Source: Octopus sinensis (taxonomy: Eukaryota). From it: 11,501 nucleotides of DNA. The DNA lies in the NCBI RefSeq assembly GCF_006345805.1, contig NW_021826974.1, positions 1 to 11,501 on the forward strand. The letters run 5' to 3'. Below, piece by piece: positions 8,944 through 11,501 of the stretch. Below the pieces are notes generated by a model that saw only the letters and a list, made by a program, of their open reading frames with translations, was not told the DNA's origin and ran no database searches. The first letter of the stretch is position 1; each line of letters opens with the position of its first letter. A program made the position numbers and the translations under genes.

Positions 8944-9057
8944 GCCCTTTTATATAATGTAATAATTTGAATTCGCCTTAAATGGTCCCTTTGCATACTG
9001 AACACTTGGTAAAATTGATTAATAATTAATTAATTTTACCCTCAATTGTTGAAATTA
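8944..9057. repeat. 114-bp direct repeat, copy 2
   Basis: Seen: near-identical to 8382-8495 and runs into a (TA)n tract at about 9060. Confidence 0.97.
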
Positions 9058-9059
9058 AT

Positions 9060-9180
9060 TTATATATATATATATATTATATATATATATATATTATAAT
9101 ATATATATACATATATATATATATATGCGTGTATGCATCTCTCTCTCTCTTCTCTCTCTCTTTCTCTCTATATATCTATC
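9060..9180. repeat. (TA)n-(CT)n microsatellite
   Basis: Seen directly. Confidence 0.93.
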
Positions 9181-9187
9181 TTAATAT

Positions 9188-9360
9188 GTAGTGCGGTTGT
9201 ATGGTTAAGAAGCATATGTTTGTGTCTATGTTTCCGTAACCGAACGGTTCAGCTTAAGGAACCGACAGAAGTACCAGCCATAACACAACGAGTACCGGGA
9301 TCGATTTATAGTACCGTTTATGGCAGTGCTCCAGTATAGTCGCATCTCATAAAATAAAAA
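9188..9360 (+). mobile_element. Old, internally deleted family A-related SINE
   Basis: Seen: tgtttgtgtctatgttt, ccgtaac..cggttc, gtacc...gggatcgattt, ggcagtgctccagtat and an A-rich tail are colinear with the reverse complement of 10011-10210. Confidence 0.7.
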
Positions 9361-9850
9361 ACAGAGATACATTATTCATAGCAGCTAATAAAGAAGAGAA
9401 AAATTGTCATGTATATTTCTTAAAGGTGTTTACCTCCTATGTCGGAGAAAGTAGAATCGAAATCCAATATGTCTGCTTTGTAGACACCGGCTGTTGACAT
9501 AGGAAAAGTAATAAAAAATCTACCACATTTTCTCTCCTTCTTTGTCCGTTTGCAGTCCCTCTTCATTAAACTTCTTTCATTCTTTCTTGTTCATTTCGTC
9601 TTTCACTTTAAAACTCATCTCGTCTCAGTCAAATCTATGAAGTACGCTCGCATAAACCCTTACCAATGTTATTCAACAGAGGAAAAAAAAAATAATAATT
9701 TTCTGTGAATTTATCAGACGTTGACCTTTCCCCCGGACAGCTTGTTGTTTCACACTGTTTTATTTTTTTCTTCAAAATACCTATTTGTTTATTATCAAAC
9801 ATTTTTGGAGAGAGGCAGATCAACGAGAGAATCCATATTTTATATTACAT

Positions 9851-9917
9851 CTCTCTCTCCCTCTCTCTCCCCCTCTCTCTCCCCCTCTCTCTACCACTCT
9901 CTCCCTACCTTTCTCTC
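9851..9917. repeat. (CT)n/(CCCTCTCTCT)n polypyrimidine microsatellite
   Basis: Seen directly. Confidence 0.92.
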
Positions 9918-10010
9918 TAATATCATTCCATATTTAATACTAATTTTTTGGTATCTATATGTGTACATCCTATGATTGCTACCCTCAAATCACACACATA
10001 TATATATATA

Positions 10011-10227
10011 TTCTCTTTTACTTGTTCCAGTCATTTGACTGTGGCCATACTGGAGCACCGCCTTTAGTAGCGCAAATCGACCCCAGGGCTTATTCTTTGT
10101 AAGCCTAGTACTTATTCTATCGCTCTCTTTTGCCGAACTGCTAAGTTACTGGGACGTAAACACACCAGCATCGGTTGTCAAGCGATGTTGGGGGGACAAA
10201 CAGAGACACACAAACATATATATATAA

Positions 10228-10280
<53 letters not shown>

Positions 10281-10399
10281 ATATATATATATATATATGT
10301 ATATGTATGTATACATATATACGACGAGCTTCTTCCAGTTTCCGTCTACCAAATCCACTCACAAGTCTTTAGTCGGCCCGAGGCTATAGTAGCAGACAC
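10011..10399 (-). mobile_element. Family A SINE, 5'-truncated (no tRNA head)
   Basis: Seen: high identity to about 1409-1743, including the 3' terminus. It ends at agacac, before the B box. Confidence 0.9.
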
Positions 10400-10637
10400 G
10401 TTTCTTTCCTCTCCTTTCTGAACTTTCTGTACAAAGCACAAAATATTGAAGACCTTTTTTTATCAGTGTTAAACTAATACACTTTGTTTGCTGTACTTTG
10501 AACTATACTGTAGTTATTGTTGCATATGTGTGTGCGTTCTATTTTTTAGTTATTATACATTTTCCACTTAGGAGGAAACCAGTTACCAACAAAGATATAA
10601 GGCTCCATCTTTGGAATGTAGTTAACACAGAGAAATT

Positions 10638-10737
10638 CACATACATACATAACTACATACATACATTCATACATACGTAAATACGAATGTATGTATGTTC
10701 GTACGTATGTATGAATGTAACTATGTATGTATGTATC
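10638..10737. repeat. (CATA)n followed by (TATG)n inverted microsatellite
   Basis: Seen: perfect 18-bp inverted repeat 10662-10679/10702-10719. Confidence 0.88.
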
Positions 10738-11029
10738 GATAAGTGGAGAAAATTTGTTAGTTTTCAAAATCTGTGACATAAATGTAATGGAATTAATTTT
10801 GAGATATATTTTGACACCTAACAAATTATCGCCAGCTATAAATATTTTAATTTTAATCCGATATAAATCATTTGTTTTAATCTCGTATTTAATTACGCAT
10901 CTACGCCCTTTCCATTCGTGGTATAAGTGGATATGTCAAAATATCAGCTGTAGAATTCTATTTGCAATGTTGGAAATATATCCTTTCCACTTTAACCAAA
11001 GCACATAGAAAGACTTATGTATGTCTGTC

Positions 11030-11126
11030 TGTACATACACACACGCACACATACACATACACACACACACATGCGCGCGCGCACACACACACACACACAT
11101 ATATATGCATGTATGTACATATATAT
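11030..11126. repeat. Alternating purine-pyrimidine tract (CA)n/(GC)5/(TA)n
   Basis: Seen: 97 bp of uninterrupted purine-pyrimidine alternation. Confidence 0.9.
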
Positions 11127-11186
11127 TTTAATGCGATTGGTTTTGTTAAACGGTGTCGAGATTTACAATTCTGTAAATAATAGTAA

Positions 11187-11245
11187 TGGTGTAATCGGTA
11201 ACATATTTTGTCGCGTTAACAAAGGGATGTGGGTTCGAGTCCCAC
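11187..11245 (+). pseudogene. tRNA-like remnant (tRNA pseudogene or isolated SINE head) without acceptor stem
   Basis: Seen: D arm GTGT/ACAT with loop AATCGGTA; anticodon-like arm TTTGT/ACAAA with non-canonical loop CGCGTTA; perfect T arm GTGGG-TTCGAGT-CCCAC. Flanks atagtaa and gcgttca do not pair. Confidence 0.7.
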
Positions 11246-11358
11246 GCGTTCAGGAAAGCCTACGAATATGCCTATTATTAGACAATTTTCCTTAGTCATT
11301 TGCACGATGATCGCTGTAAGCTTTATGCTTATTAAAAAATACCATTATGATTATTTAC

Positions 11359-11501
11359 AGAGGAGGAGGGGGAGGAGAAGAAGAAGAAGAAGGAGAAGAA
11401 GAAGGAGAAGGAGAAGAAGAAGGAGAGGAGAAGAAGAAGAAGAAGAAGAAGGAGAAGGAGAAGGAGAAGAAGAAGAAGAAGAAGAAGAAGAAGGAGAGAA
11501 G
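11359..11501. repeat. Pure polypurine (GAA)n/(GGA)n tract, running off the window end
   Basis: Seen: 143 nt with only A and G on the + strand. Confidence 0.96.

Larger units (their letters stand above)
8382..9057 (+). mobile_element. Terminally redundant 562-bp unit (1.2-mer) carrying a hammerhead motif; candidate non-autonomous Penelope-like or retrozyme element
   Basis: Seen: 114-bp direct repeats at 8382-8495 and 8944-9057 (113/114 identical), an internal hammerhead motif, several inverted repeats, no recognisable protein and no target-site duplication. Classification is an inference from known PLE and retrozyme architecture. Confidence 0.55.

Noticed and set aside
8382-9057. Interpretation as an LTR retrotransposon or TRIM
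   Set aside because: The repeats lack TG...CA ends. I see no primer-binding site, polypurine tract or 4-6 bp TSD.
9525-9560. Acceptor-like ttttctctccttctttgtccgtttgcag
   Set aside because: Followed by pyrimidine-rich low-complexity sequence with no credible exon or donor.
325-11295. The many 60-150 aa ORFs rich in YI, TH, CV or SIYL repeats
   Set aside because: They are translations of (TA)n, (CA)n, (GT)n and (GATA)n tracts, which lack stop codons in several frames. No domain content.
11340-11501. ttatttacag followed by GAA/GAG as a Glu/Lys-rich exon
   Set aside because: Weak polypyrimidine tract and a pure trinucleotide purine run typical of a microsatellite. It cannot be fully excluded because the window ends inside it.
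1-11501. CRISPR array, rRNA or prokaryotic operon
   Set aside because: No repeat-spacer array, rRNA-like sequence or dense coding. The composition and repeats are those of an animal genome.

Overview
AT-rich, microsatellite-dense eukaryotic non-coding DNA (intronic or intergenic). No intact protein-coding gene is supported. Nearly all listed ORFs are read-throughs of (TA)n, (CA)n and (GATA)n repeats (YIYI, THTH, SIYL peptides). The tRNA-derived SINE families and repeat style resemble my recollection of Octopus genomic DNA; this is an inference, not a database result. The window holds: five copies or fragments of one tRNA-SINE family and single copies of two other tRNA-SINE families; a 551-bp mariner derivative (19-bp TIRs, TA duplication, internal deletion) whose left end is an inverted copy of its own 3' end; a tRNA-like remnant lacking an acceptor stem; and two different type I hammerhead-ribozyme-like motifs on the + strand (about 6730-6816 and 8715-8766), each with a palindromic stem III as in Penelope-like-element (PLE) hammerheads. 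The second lies inside a structured 562-bp unit with a 114-bp terminal redundancy (8382-9057), the pattern expected from reverse transcription of a circular or multimeric ribozyme RNA (retrozyme or non-autonomous PLE). That unit is the best candidate for an undescribed system here.
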